A DNA stretch of 32,000 nt from Trichodesmium erythraeum IMS101 (GCF_000014265.1 NC_008312.1:1500001-1532000), one strand, 5' to 3'; counted from the first letter of the stretch, positions 9,381 through 19,864 are shown. Numbers and translations: made by a program. The notes: a model not told the origin generated them from the letters alone.

Positions 9381-10463
9381 TTAAGAACTTGAATAAACCT
9401 GTTTATAGTAAGCTTGATACTCTTCAGACAATAATGGCTCCCACCAATCTCGGTTATTTAAAAACCATTTTACAGTTTGACGTAAACCTTCTTCAACAGT
9501 TACTGAAGGTTGCCAACCTAACTCAGTTTTAATCTTTGTCGCATCAATAGCATAACGTCGATCATGCCCTGGTCTATCCTTGACAAAAGTAATTAATTTT
9601 TCACAAGGTTTTACAGGTAAATCATTTGCCAACTCATCCATAATTTGACACAACATTTGTACTAAATTAATATTTTTTACTTCATTATTTCCACCAACAT
9701 TATAAGTTTGTCCTGGTTTGCCCTTATGAATTACCGTATCTAATGCCCGACAATGATCTATTACATATAACCAATCTCTAATATTTTGCCCATCTCCATA
9801 AACTGGTAATTCTTTTCCTAATAATATATTGATGCACATTAAAGGAATTAGCTTCTCAGGAAAATGGTATGGTCCGTAGTTATTAGAACAATTAGTAATA
9901 ATTGTCGGAACACCATAAGTATGGTAGTAAGCTCTAGCAAAATGGTCACTTCCTGCTTTCGATGCTGAGTAAGGACTATTTGGAGAATAAGGTGTAGTTT
10001 CTGTAAAAGCAAGCTCTTGAGGACTTAAACTGCCATAAACTTCATCCGTTGATACATGGAGAAATATACACTTACGGTCTGGGTTTTGGGCCAGAGTCTG
10101 ATAATGACTTCTGAATGCCTCTAATAGGGTAAAAGTACCCACAACATTAGTTTGAACAAAAGCTGCTGGTCCTAATATAGACCTATCGACATGAGATTCT
10201 GCTGCTAAGTGGGCTACTGTATCTATATCCTCTTCCTGGAGTAAGCTATCTACTAAAGAGCGATCGCAAATATCTCCTTGGACAAAACGAAAATTTGATC
10301 TGTCTTGTAAATCAGCTAAAGTTTTCTTGTTACCAGCATAAGTTAGAGCATCTAACACAACTACTCGGTGATTAGGATAAGTCTGACACCAATAATGGGT
10401 AAAGTTAGAACCAATAAACCCAGCTCCCCCAGTTATCAACAATCGAGTTTCCATAATTTTCAT
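9381..10463 (-). CDS. rfbB: dTDP-glucose 4,6-dehydratase
   Basis: Intact 360 aa ORF with TGGAGFIGSNF Rossmann motif, YSASKAGSD catalytic YxxxK, and DRPGHDRRYAID. The architecture is typical of RmlB. Confidence 0.9.
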   Translation of the reverse strand: MKIMETRLLITGGAGFIGSNFTHYWCQTYPNHRVVVLDALTYAGNKKTLADLQDRSNFRFVQGDICDRSLVDSLLQEEDIDTVAHLAAESHVDRSILGPAAFVQTNVVGTFTLLEAFRSHYQTLAQNPDRKCIFLHVSTDEVYGSLSPQELAFTETTPYSPNSPYSASKAGSDHFARAYYHTYGVPTIITNCSNNYGPYHFPEKLIPLMCINILLGKELPVYGDGQNIRDWLYVIDHCRALDTVIHKGKPGQTYNVGGNNEVKNINLVQMLCQIMDELANDLPVKPCEKLITFVKDRPGHDRRYAIDATKIKTELGWQPSVTVEEGLRQTVKWFLNNRDWWEPLLSEEYQAYYKQVYSSS

Positions 10464-10748
10464 CTCCTAAAGCTGTAATTATCAAAAATATTAAACTAAT
10501 TATCTGATACTCCCAGGCTTTTAGCCGCAGGGGTTATTGATTTCTATGCATTACTTGTTATGCCAAAATTTTGTGAACCAAAAAGGTAAGCAAAATATTT
10601 TAACCATTAGCAAAATAATAGGGTGACTGAAGTAAAAAAGTACTTAAAACTTAAATTCATATCAGTTTTACCTAATCAAATGAGTACTATTAATTCAAAG
10701 TTTCGATATGCATATTAGTATATGTATAATTTACCATTAATGCTAAGT

Positions 10749-11475
10749 GGGAATTGAAACACAATCTACAGGTGAGGTTATAGGACTCAAGTATTTCCTA
10801 GCTGATTAGTCAGCAAACCCATATAATTTGCTAATTCCTATATATAGAGTTTTTTTCAAATTCCACATAAATGTGAAAGGGTTGCTCAAGAATTTGTACT
10901 TGTCTAAATCTATATCTGATGTAGGTTTGTCTAGATTTCAGGAATGGCTAGAATACTCTGGATATAAAAGCGGTTGGGTGTTGCTAGTCAAGTACACCAA
11001 TGAGATTATAATTCTACCACTAAAATATTTTCACCATTTACTCTGTAGGTCATTTAGTCAATCAGCGGTTGGGTGTTGCTAGTCAAGTACACCAATTGAG
11101 ATTATAGTCCTACCACTAAAATATTTTCACCATTTACTCTGTAGGTCATTTACTCAATCATATGCTGTAAGGTTTGAGAAATTAACAGTGTGAGTATTAC
11201 CTAACTACATATCTCAAGACTGTCCAAAGTGTAAAGGCAGAATAAAAAAAATCTCTATCAACTCGTATCCATGTTTGGCAATGTGAGTATATTGAAGACA
11301 GGGATATAGTGGCTAGCCTAAACATTCTGCAAAAAGGACTTAGTACTGTAGGGCAGATGGGAACTTACCCTTGAGGAGAAACTCCCTCTTAGCCGATTTT
11401 GATTGGGGCAAACCTGCTCCCTAAGAGGTAGTCGCAGAATCAAGATTTCCCTTGCCAATAGGTTCGCAGAGCGTT
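10749..11475 (+). pseudogene. tnpB: TnpB (IS200/IS605-family OrfB) pseudogene with internal deletion, stops, a 95 bp tandem duplication and a remnant of the 3' guide-RNA (omega RNA)/right-end region
   Basis: Fragments TGEVIGLKYFLAD, NVKGLLKNLYLSKSISDVGLSRFQEWLEYSGYK (RuvC-II region), and SQDCPKCKGRIKKISINSYPC...RQGYSG.PKHSAKRT.YCRAD (zinc-finger/RuvC-III region with stops), followed by the usual ...NQE-like tail. Confidence 0.7.
10970..11160 (+). repeat. Tandem duplication, 2 units of 95 and 96 bp, inside the TnpB pseudogene
   Basis: GCGGTTGGGTGTTGCTAGTCAAGTACACCAAT(T)GAGATTATA.T.CTACCACTAAAATATTTTCACCATTTACTCTGTAGGTCATTTA.TCAATCA occurs twice head to tail. Confidence 0.9.
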
Positions 11476-11498
11476 AATAAATTTAGCTAACATTCGGC

Positions 11499-13337
11499 GT
11501 GAGGAAAATAATAGTGAGTCAGGAAGAAATATTAATACGAGGAAAACAAGGAGACCCTAAAGCGATCGCATTTCTCATCAACCAAATATTAAATAATATA
11601 GGAATTCAAGCTAGAGCTAATATTCAGAAAAAGAATCTGCATCTTTTGCTAGAAGCATCTGAAGTGCCAAATCGCGAAATTTCTATTAGAGTAATTTATC
11701 AAGTGATGAAAGTCCTCAAATCACCATTGATTGATTTTGTCAATATTTATGGACGAATCAATGGTCATACAATTCCTGAGTGGACAGAAGTAATTGAATT
11801 ACATCAAGCTAAAATATACCATCCGGCAGGATTAGAAACAATTTTGTGGCAATTAGAAAACACAAATTATGCTCAAGAATATTCTATACTAACTCTGCCT
11901 TACCTACCTAAAAAAGCAACTTTACATAATTCAGAAATAACAAAAAAAAAGCAAAAAGAAGAAGTTGATTATTCTGTTATTAATATCAATCAAACTGTTA
12001 TAAACAGATGTCATGTAGTAAAAAAAGAAAAAAAATTTTTTTCCCAAATGGAGAGGCAATATTCAAAGAATAAAAATAAATTTATTTGGATATTAGCAAG
12101 TGCGATTAGTATATTATTGCTGCCTATATCCACTGTAGTTATTAATTCTCAAACTGACAGAATAAATCCTATTATTTCAAAGATTTTTTTGCTACCTAAA
12201 ATCTCTCATCTCAATACTTCAGAAGTAGAAGTTAGTAATTCAGTTCCAGCAAGTATATCTACTCGCAATACTAGACAAAGTATTGAAACTAAACCAACTA
12301 AAAGTCAACTTAATTTATCAGAAGTTTTTGAGTTTATTTTATCATCAATTAAATCTCCTATAAACCCTGATACTAGAATCACTATTAAGGCAGTGGGTGA
12401 TATTATTCCAGGTACTAATTATCCTCAAAATAAATTACATCCAAGGAAACAAGAATTACTGGCATCAGTGAAACCACTTTTGCAAAATGCTGATCTTGTA
12501 TTTGGTAATTTTGAAAGTACCTTAACAAATTATCCTAAGAGTCGGAAAAGAATGGGTAATGGTCGGGTATTTGCTTTTAGAACACCGCCAGATTATAGAA
12601 ATTTATTGAAAGATGCTGGTTTTAATATATTAAGTGTGGCAAATAATCATTCTTTCGATTTCTTTAAGCAAGGTTTTGAGGATACAATTGCAAATATTAA
12701 GACTGTAGGAATGCAGGCAGTTGGTAAAAAAGGAGAAATTGTTTATCGGAAAGTTAAAGGAATTAATATAGGGTTTATTGCGTTTAGTAATTATAGTTAT
12801 CATAACTCTATGCTTGACCTATATTCTGCTAAGAAACTTGTGCAAGAAGCAGATAAAAATGCAGATATTGTTGTTATATCTGTTCATGCAGGTGCAGAAG
12901 GAACTAGAGCATTAAGAATCAAGAATAAAACAGAGTATTTTTTTGGTGAAAATAGAGGCAATAAAGTTTTATTTGCCCATAAATTAATAGATGAAGGTGC
13001 AGATTTAATTTTGGGTCATGGTCCTCATGTACCAAGAGCAATGGAAATTTATCAAGGAAAATTAATTGCTTATTCTCTAGGAAATTTTATGGGTTATCGT
13101 ACTTTATCTAGTAAGGGAAAGTTGGGATATTCTTTGGTTTTAGAGTTAGATATTAATATTAGAGGAGATTTTATTTCTGGAAAAATTTTGCCTGTACATT
13201 TGAATAGTAAGGGTATTCCTTATCCCGATAAACTTGGTCGAAGTATTAAGTTAATTAAGGAATTAACACAAAAAGATTTTCCGAAGACAATGTTAGAAAT
13301 TAATAGTAAGGGTGAGATAACAAGGAAGAAAGGATAA
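11499..13337 (+). CDS. CapA-family (PGA_cap metallophosphatase-like) protein with an N-terminal cyanobacterial domain and one predicted transmembrane helix
   Basis: Intact 612 aa ORF with a GTG start (alternative GTG at 11514). The C-terminal half has GDIIPG, GNFES, ANNHSFD and GHGPHV motifs typical of CapA. It has a TM-like FIWILASAISILLLPISTVVI and one HIP1 site. Confidence 0.8.
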   Translation: MRKIIVSQEEILIRGKQGDPKAIAFLINQILNNIGIQARANIQKKNLHLLLEASEVPNREISIRVIYQVMKVLKSPLIDFVNIYGRINGHTIPEWTEVIELHQAKIYHPAGLETILWQLENTNYAQEYSILTLPYLPKKATLHNSEITKKKQKEEVDYSVININQTVINRCHVVKKEKKFFSQMERQYSKNKNKFIWILASAISILLLPISTVVINSQTDRINPIISKIFLLPKISHLNTSEVEVSNSVPASISTRNTRQSIETKPTKSQLNLSEVFEFILSSIKSPINPDTRITIKAVGDIIPGTNYPQNKLHPRKQELLASVKPLLQNADLVFGNFESTLTNYPKSRKRMGNGRVFAFRTPPDYRNLLKDAGFNILSVANNHSFDFFKQGFEDTIANIKTVGMQAVGKKGEIVYRKVKGINIGFIAFSNYSYHNSMLDLYSAKKLVQEADKNADIVVISVHAGAEGTRALRIKNKTEYFFGENRGNKVLFAHKLIDEGADLILGHGPHVPRAMEIYQGKLIAYSLGNFMGYRTLSSKGKLGYSLVLELDINIRGDFISGKILPVHLNSKGIPYPDKLGRSIKLIKELTQKDFPKTMLEINSKGEITRKKG

Positions 13338-13344
13338 GGAAGAA

Positions 13345-13703
13345 ATAAGAGGAATTGAACAAATTTTTTGATTTTTGAAAAAATTTTTTGGAGGCAGTTT
13401 GTAGGGATTTGGTTTTTAACTATACTTATATTTAAGCTGTCTTCTAAGTTAATAGTATCCTTGGTCTGCTATTGATTTAGCTAACTTATTATTAGCCAAC
13501 ATTTTCCTCACATTTAAGTCTTCTATTACAACCATGCCGTGGTTATTAGCTAAATGTATTTTAAATTTATTAAGTATGTTTTTATGAATATTTCACCGCA
13601 GGGCAGAAAAAACTACATTTTTGTGTAACTTAGCTATCTTTAAATGTGCCTTTTTGTAATTAGCATAACTAATTTTTTTCCGGTTTAGATATTGGTATCT
13701 AGG
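13345..13703 (-). pseudogene. tnpB: Second TnpB (IS200/IS605-family) fragment, truncated at both ends
   Basis: The minus-strand translation reads SYANYKKAHLKIAKLHKNVVFSALR*NIHKNILNKFKIHLANNHGMVVIEDLNVRKMLANNKLAKSIADQGYY*LRRQLKYK. This matches the TnpB region around the IVIEDLNV..M..N..LAK.I.D motif. Confidence 0.6.
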
Positions 13704-14081
13704 AAGTTTAGATTCAAATTTATTGTAATATTAATTTCCTTAAGTATAGGTAAACATTATACTCAGGAATGAAATTATATAATCTTATTAATCTTCAGTA
13801 AGATAGCCTAAGTTTATGAAGTTGGTATAAGAATTAGTACCTTCAAATACAATTCTTGCCATTAAAAAAGAATAAAGTTTTTACTTTTAAATTTACACCT
13901 ACAAATTTAGTATTTTTAGGTGTTGAAGTAGGGTTAAATTCGTAGCTACAATTTAAGTAGTAATTGCCTGCTTATCTACTAATTATTATTTTTTATAAAG
14001 TAGGTAGGTATGAAAAAACTTAGATATATTAATATTTATGTACTGACTCTAAGCTCTTCCACATATTTGATTGGAGGTGAA

Positions 14082-14099
14082 TTTACATTTTGTTACAGA
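14082..14099 (+). promoter_or_regulatory. HLR1-like direct repeat (TTTACATT-TT-GTTACAGA), the type of site bound by RpaB
   Basis: Matches (G/T)TTACA(T/A)(T/A)-N2-(G/T)TTACA(T/A)(T/A) with one mismatch. It lies in a 1 kb stretch with no recognisable gene. Confidence 0.3.
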
Positions 14100-14702
14100 G
14101 CGAAAAATTTCAACTCCAACCGACTTATTGTTTTAATAGGTTCATCAAGTTTGAAAATACTAATAAAAGGTAATTTATGATTTTATCTGTTTAGTTGTAT
14201 TAGTTTTCCAAAATTATCAATTGTGAAAAAATAATACCTATATTTATTCTTAAACTTTGAATATTTACCTAACCCTTGAAAGAATATTTTCAATGCTTCA
14301 TCTAAATTAAGACACCCTATTAATAAACTAGATTATGACAAGTTTTTATCAAATAAAAAATAGCTTTCGTGTGATTAGTAAAACTTCTCTAAGCTAAAAA
14401 AAATATTGATAATGATCTTTATATGCATGATTTTATAAACTTAAATTTCACCAAATTATAACACTATTTATTATTACCTAAATATTGATTCAAGAGTTTT
14501 TTTTATTATTTAAATTGAGCTTTTTTAGGCATAATTTTTATTTCTAACTGAGTTCAACCTATCTAAGATAGTATGTTTTTTTACTTATTAAAATATGGTT
14601 ATTGTCAATATTAAGTTAATGTTCTATTGCTCTATATACCATAGAAATTTTTGCGTAGTAATTTATAGATTTCTGGGAAAAATGTGGAGAGGTAACTTCT
14701 AT

Positions 14703-17700
14703 TCAAGTTTCCATTATCTGAATAATTTTCATAGTTTCGACACTAACATTATCAACTTTTTGTAGTAGGTCAATAACTGTTTCTTTATAGTTAGCAAAAC
14801 AATAAGTATCAAATTTTTCAGTGATGGTTTTATCTTTAGACTTTTTCTCTTTATATTGATCTAATACCCACTCCAAAGCACTCCGGTTTCCGAGGCAATA
14901 TTCCCAGGCAATTTTGGGAATTTTTTCTAATATTGTCAAAGTATCTATAAAGATTTTGTGGTTATTTTTATCTACTTTAAATTTTGTTTTGGGAGTGGGA
15001 AAGTTATCGGGAGTTGGTAAGTTAATGCGAGTCAATAAAAAAGGTTTAATATTTTCATAATTGATGTGTACTTCGATTAATTTTTTTTCCCATTTTACCC
15101 ACTGTTTAAAATTTTCATAGAAGGGGAGTCAGGGAAATTTTTTTTTGAGATAAAGTTCGTATTTTTGGCGGTAAGTGGGGTAGTGTAAAACGGCGTAGGT
15201 GTAGTAGAAAATATCGAGTTTTTTGATTTTTTTTATTGTTGTAATTAGATTGAAATTTTTGGATACTCCAGTCACTAATATTGTCTTGGTGCCTTCCTTT
15301 TTTGTTTTAATAGTAGAGAGTAAATATATTTTACCCACTGTTTAAAATTTTCATAGAAGGGGAGTTAGGGAAATTTTCGTTTGAGATAAAGTTCGTATTT
15401 TTGGCGGTAAGTGGGGTAGTGAAAAATGGCGTAGGTGTAGTAGAAAATATTGAGTTTTTTGATTTTTTTTATTGTTGTAATTAGATTGGAATTTTTGGAT
15501 ACTCCAGTCACTAATATTGTCTTGGTGCCTTCCTTTTTTGTTTTAATAGTAGAGAGTAAATATATTTTACCCACTGTTTAAAATTTTCATAGAAGGGGAG
15601 TTAGGGAAATTTTCGTTTGAGATAAAGTTCGTATTTTTGGCGGTAAGTGGGGTAGTGAAAAATGGCGTAGGTGTAGTAGAAAATATTGAGTTTTTTGATT
15701 TTTTTTATTGTTGTAATTAGATTGGAATTTTTGGATACTCCAGTCACTAATATTGTCTTGGTGCCTTCCTTTTTTGTTTTAATAGTAGAGAGTAAATATA
15801 TTTTACCCACTGTTTAAAATTTTCATAGAAGGGGAGTCAGGGAAATTTTTTTTTTGAGATAAAGTTCGTATTTTTGGCGGTAAGTGGGGTAGTGTAAAAC
15901 GGCGTAGGTGTAGTAGAAAATATCGAGTTTTTTGATTTTTTTTATTGTTGTAATTAGATTGGAATTTTTGGATACTCCAGTCACTAATATTGTCTTGGTG
16001 CCTTCCTTTTTTGTTTTAATAGTAGAGAGTAAATATATTTTACCCACTGTTTAAAATTTTCATAGAAGGGGAGTTAGGGAAATTTTCGTTTGAGATAAAG
16101 TTCGTATTTTTGGCGGTAAGTGGGGTAGTGAAAAATGGCGTAGGTGTAGTAGAAAATATTGAGTTTTTTGATTTTTTTTATTGTTGTAATTAGATTGGAA
16201 TTTTTGGATACTCCAGTCACTAATATTGTCTTGGTGCCTTCCTTTTTTGTTTTAATAGTAGAGAGTAAATATATTTTACCCACTGTTTAAAATTTTCATA
16301 GAAGGGGAGTTAGGGAAATTTTCGTTTGAGATAAAGTTCGTATTTTTGGCGGTAAGTGGGGTAGTGAAAAACGGCGTAGGTGTAGTAGAAAATCTTGAGT
16401 TTTTTGATTTTTTTTATTGTTGTAATTAGATTGGAATTTTTGGATACTCCAGTCACTAATATTGTCTTGGTGCCTTCCTTTTTTGTTTTAATAGTAGAGA
16501 GTAAATATATTTTACCCACTGTTTAAAATTTTCATAGAAGGGGAGTTAGGGAAATTTTCGTTTGAGATAAAGTTCGTATTTTTGGCGGTAAGTGGGGTAG
16601 TGAAAAACGGCGTAGGTGTAGTAGAAAATCTTGAGTTTTTTGATTTTTTTTATTGTTGTAATTAGATTGGAATTTTTGGATACTCCAGTCACTAATATTG
16701 TCTTGGTGCCTTCCTTTTTTGTTTTAATAGTAGAGAGTAAATATATTTTACCCACTGTTTAAAATTTTCATAGAAGGGGAGTTAGGGAAATTTTCGTTTG
16801 AGATAAAGTTCGTATTTTTGGCGGTAAGTGGGGTAGTGAAAAACGGCGTAGGTGTAGTAGAAAATATCGAGTTTTTTGATTTTTTTATTGTTGTAATTAG
16901 ATTGGAATTTTTGGATACTCCAGTCACTAATATTGTCTTTGTGCCTTCCTTTTTTATTTTAATAGTAGAGAGTAAATATTTGAGATCCTCTTGAACCTAT
17001 TCCACCATCACAAACAGTATTTGCTGCTTGAACAAAAAAGGAAACTTGATTGTGAATTGTTAAACAAATTGCTACATTATTTTTGACAATAATAAAAATT
17101 TGTTCCTGTTGATATAGTTTGTGTAGGATAGTTTTTGCCAGATAAAGATATTTTTTGGTAAGCGGACATTAAGTAGATGTAACTATAAAATCAGAATTAA
17201 ACTTTAGGCTAGAATTTCTCAGTAAATGCTCTTATAGTTCAGAAGTATACTTAATTTTTCTATCAAAAAAATCATTAATTACTGTTTTATTATTTGATTG
17301 ATTCCATCTAACTCTTTTTTGTTCATAAAACTTACAAAAAAACTGAACTTTTTCTGCTAATTGCTGTCTATCGAAGTCGTATAACCATTCATCTCTATTT
17401 GTTGCAATTCCTAATATAAATACTTTAAATATTGCTATTTCGCCTGTTTTGCTTTTAGCAAGTCTAGTATTTTTATCAGCTATAGGTAATAAATTATTAA
17501 AGTCATTATCTGTGAGATTTATCCAGTTATTATTTTTGTCTGCTTGAATATTTTCAAAATCAATTTTACTAAATTTAGTTGCTGCTAAAAATTGGAATTT
17601 ATTCTCTCTTAATTCGTGCATAGGAAATAGATGACTGTAATATATTAGATTTCCTACTGTTTTTTCTTGACCATCCTTAAGCAAAAAGGATACAACAATT

Positions 17701-19400
17701 CCTGTCATAGAAAATTTTCCAAATATAGTATGTTTTTCTCTGATAAAAATCCCATCTATACCTGAAATAGCTCTAATATCATCCCCCTAGTCAAGAAAAT
17801 AAGCATGAAAAAATTTTTTACTTATCACTTTTCTAAACCTGTCAAAAAAACTACCATCCAAAAATAAAGAGTTAGTTATAAAACAAATTATTCCTTGTTT
17901 ACCTAATCTATCTGTTGCCCACCTAAAAAAATGAGAATACGAATCATAAGCCTTTGTTTTTTTACCTCTACTTTCTTTAATATAAATATCTTTTAATCTG
18001 CTTATCAAGTTCTGGATACGAAGGATTTTTATTATTATTATTTTCATTTACTTGATTTTAATTATAAGGATGGTTACCAATAATCACCGAAATTTCACAA
18101 TCATTTTGCCGTTTAACACTCTCAGTATTTTTCACTATCATCGCAAATAAATATAACTGCTTACCCTCAAAGAAAGTATGTTCTAAAGTATCAACAAAAC
18201 AAATATTATTAAACTATTCATAACTCCCTATTTTCTGCTGATAAGTATATTCAATATTAAAATTCCCAATGTAATAAGGCAAAATTGCTACCTCATTACA
18301 AAAAATATTATTCTGATACTTATACTCCAACTTATTCTTAGGCAAATACTCAATCAAATCAGTCACAAAAGTACTTGTTCCTGTTGCTATTTCGAGAATC
18401 TTTACTCCTGAATCACATAATAATTTTCCAAAATTTTTATCTGCCAAATAATCTACACTTTCAATCATAAACCTGACAATTTATTTACGATTATAAACAA
18501 TTCCCAATCTATCAGTACCCAGGGGATGATAAGACTTATAAAAATTATCATAAACCACCTTCAAAAATTCCTATTTTTCGTGATAATTATAAATACTTGC
18601 CACCTTCCTTTTAATTACCCTATAATAACGCCCAATAAAACTTAAAGTATTTCGGCAATTTGTACCAGTAAAAAAAGTATTCAGAACATCCTCTAATTCT
18701 TTAGCAATATTGTTCTTTCAATGAAACTGAGACTTATTAAAAATATTCATAAAAATATCTTCAGTCAAGATGTGTCGAATAATCATTTCCTACACATCAA
18801 AGAGATTAACTTCAGAATTAATCTAATCTTGACAAATCCTCAAAAACTTATCCCTAGCTTGAAAAAAAATATGATTATTATTTCACTCTTTTGCAATTAA
18901 ATCTCGTAAACTATTTAAAATAGTAGGTAAGTCTGATTTAAAAGTAGTAATAGCCTCTAAAAAAAAATTTACTTCCTAGCGAATATAATTAATAAAAGCA
19001 TTAATAAACCCATCCAAAGCTTCAGTATTTCTCATCAATACTCTTGAAGTTTCTGTCGCTGCTTGAATCAAAACTGCCGTTCATGAATCCTCAAACAAAA
19101 TATTTTCTTCAGGACAATCTTTAGCTAACTTCCTACAATTTTTTTTATCCAAAAGATGATAATTATCCTTGCTTTCTCAAAATCCATAATTAAGACCCAA
19201 AGCATCTTTAACTGTGCCATCAGTAGTCACATTTTTTCCAGTCTTAGTTTGATAATCTAACTCTGAAACTAAAAAAAATCTCTCCTTTTACAATACTCAT
19301 TTAATAAGTTGTAAAAAACAGACAAAATCGAACTTTTATTCCGAGAAATGCTATATTTAATAATCTATTTGACTTCAGTATAATATCGATTAATCAAGAG
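14703..19400 (-). pseudogene. Type ISP restriction-modification enzyme (LlaGI/LlaBIII-like N6-adenine methyltransferase plus target-recognition part) pseudogene. It is 5'-truncated with no helicase or nuclease part, multiply frameshifted, and contains a 236 bp x8 internal array.
   Basis: Collinear minus-strand fragments: LGIVYNRK.IVRFMIESVDYLADKNFGKLLCDSGVKILEIATGTSTF (degenerate motif I), YDSYSHFFRWATDRLGKQGIICFITNSLFLDG, GIATNRDEWLYDFDRQQL, IFYYTYAVLHYPTYRQKYELYLKKKFP.LPFYENFKQW, and GNRSALEWVLDQYKEKKSKD...VSVETMKII (Type ISP C-terminal domain). There are many stops between 18470 and 19300. The 5' boundary is uncertain. Confidence 0.75.
15098..16979 (-). repeat. Tandem array of 8 units of 236 bp (one of 237, last about 229) with unit starts at 15098, 15334, 15570, 15806, 16043, 16279, 16515 and 16751
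   Basis: Direct reading. This array generates the seven near-identical 69-74 aa ORFs in the track. Confidence 0.97.
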
Positions 19401-19797
19401 TTTATAAATATTTTTAATAAAGAAGAAATAAGTAGTCAAAAGTAATAATTAATAAGTAATAAATAAAAAGTAATTATTTGGAATTCCTAGGAGAGCTATG
19501 GGATATGAAAAGCATAGATATGACCTATAATACTAACTAATAACTGATACCAAATATAGTTAAAAAGTACCTTTTTCCAATTCTTTTCTAACCATCTCCC
19601 CAAGAGGATACTCCATAAACCGTATTTACTATGAAGTGACTTCTGACTTTTGTACTTCGCCAATTCAACAGCTACTCTATCTTAATAAAATAGGGAAGAT
19701 ATCTTATACCTAATTTTTCTACTCCTTATTCCCTTTTGTAATACCAATTCTCATGCATTAATGCTATACTTCGTCAAGACTTTAGTTATTAAGTAAT

Positions 19798-19864
19798 ATA
19801 GGGTTTCTCAAGTGACTGAAGTCAAGTTGTTTTTCTTTTTTTATTCTCCTACTCCCTTACTCCC
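19798..19864 (+). repeat. Dispersed roughly 66 bp repeat, copy 1, ending 25 bp upstream of the M16 peptidase start
   Basis: ATAGGGTTTCTCAAGTGACTGAAGTCAAGTTGTTTTTCTTTTTTTATTCTCCTACTCCCTTACTCCC is the approximate reverse complement of 26815-26880. Confidence 0.7.

Noticed and set aside
9347-9532. 61 aa ORF on the plus strand
   Set aside because: It overlaps the 3' end of the dTDP-glucose 4,6-dehydratase gene in antisense, so it is a shadow ORF.
10828-11082. 84 aa ORF as an intact small gene
   Set aside because: It is a fragment of the TnpB RuvC-II region that runs into the 95 bp duplication. It is part of the pseudogene.
15129-16755. Seven near-identical 69-74 aa ORFs (MGKIYLLSTIKTKKEGTKTILVTGVSKN...) that look like a tandemly amplified small-protein family
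   Set aside because: They are generated by a 236 bp DNA repeat whose 26 bp inter-ORF part is as conserved as the ORF. The ORF fuses two different frames of the Type ISP enzyme sequence. The native frame is interrupted by the same stop and frameshift in every unit. I see no ribosome-binding site and no sign of selection.
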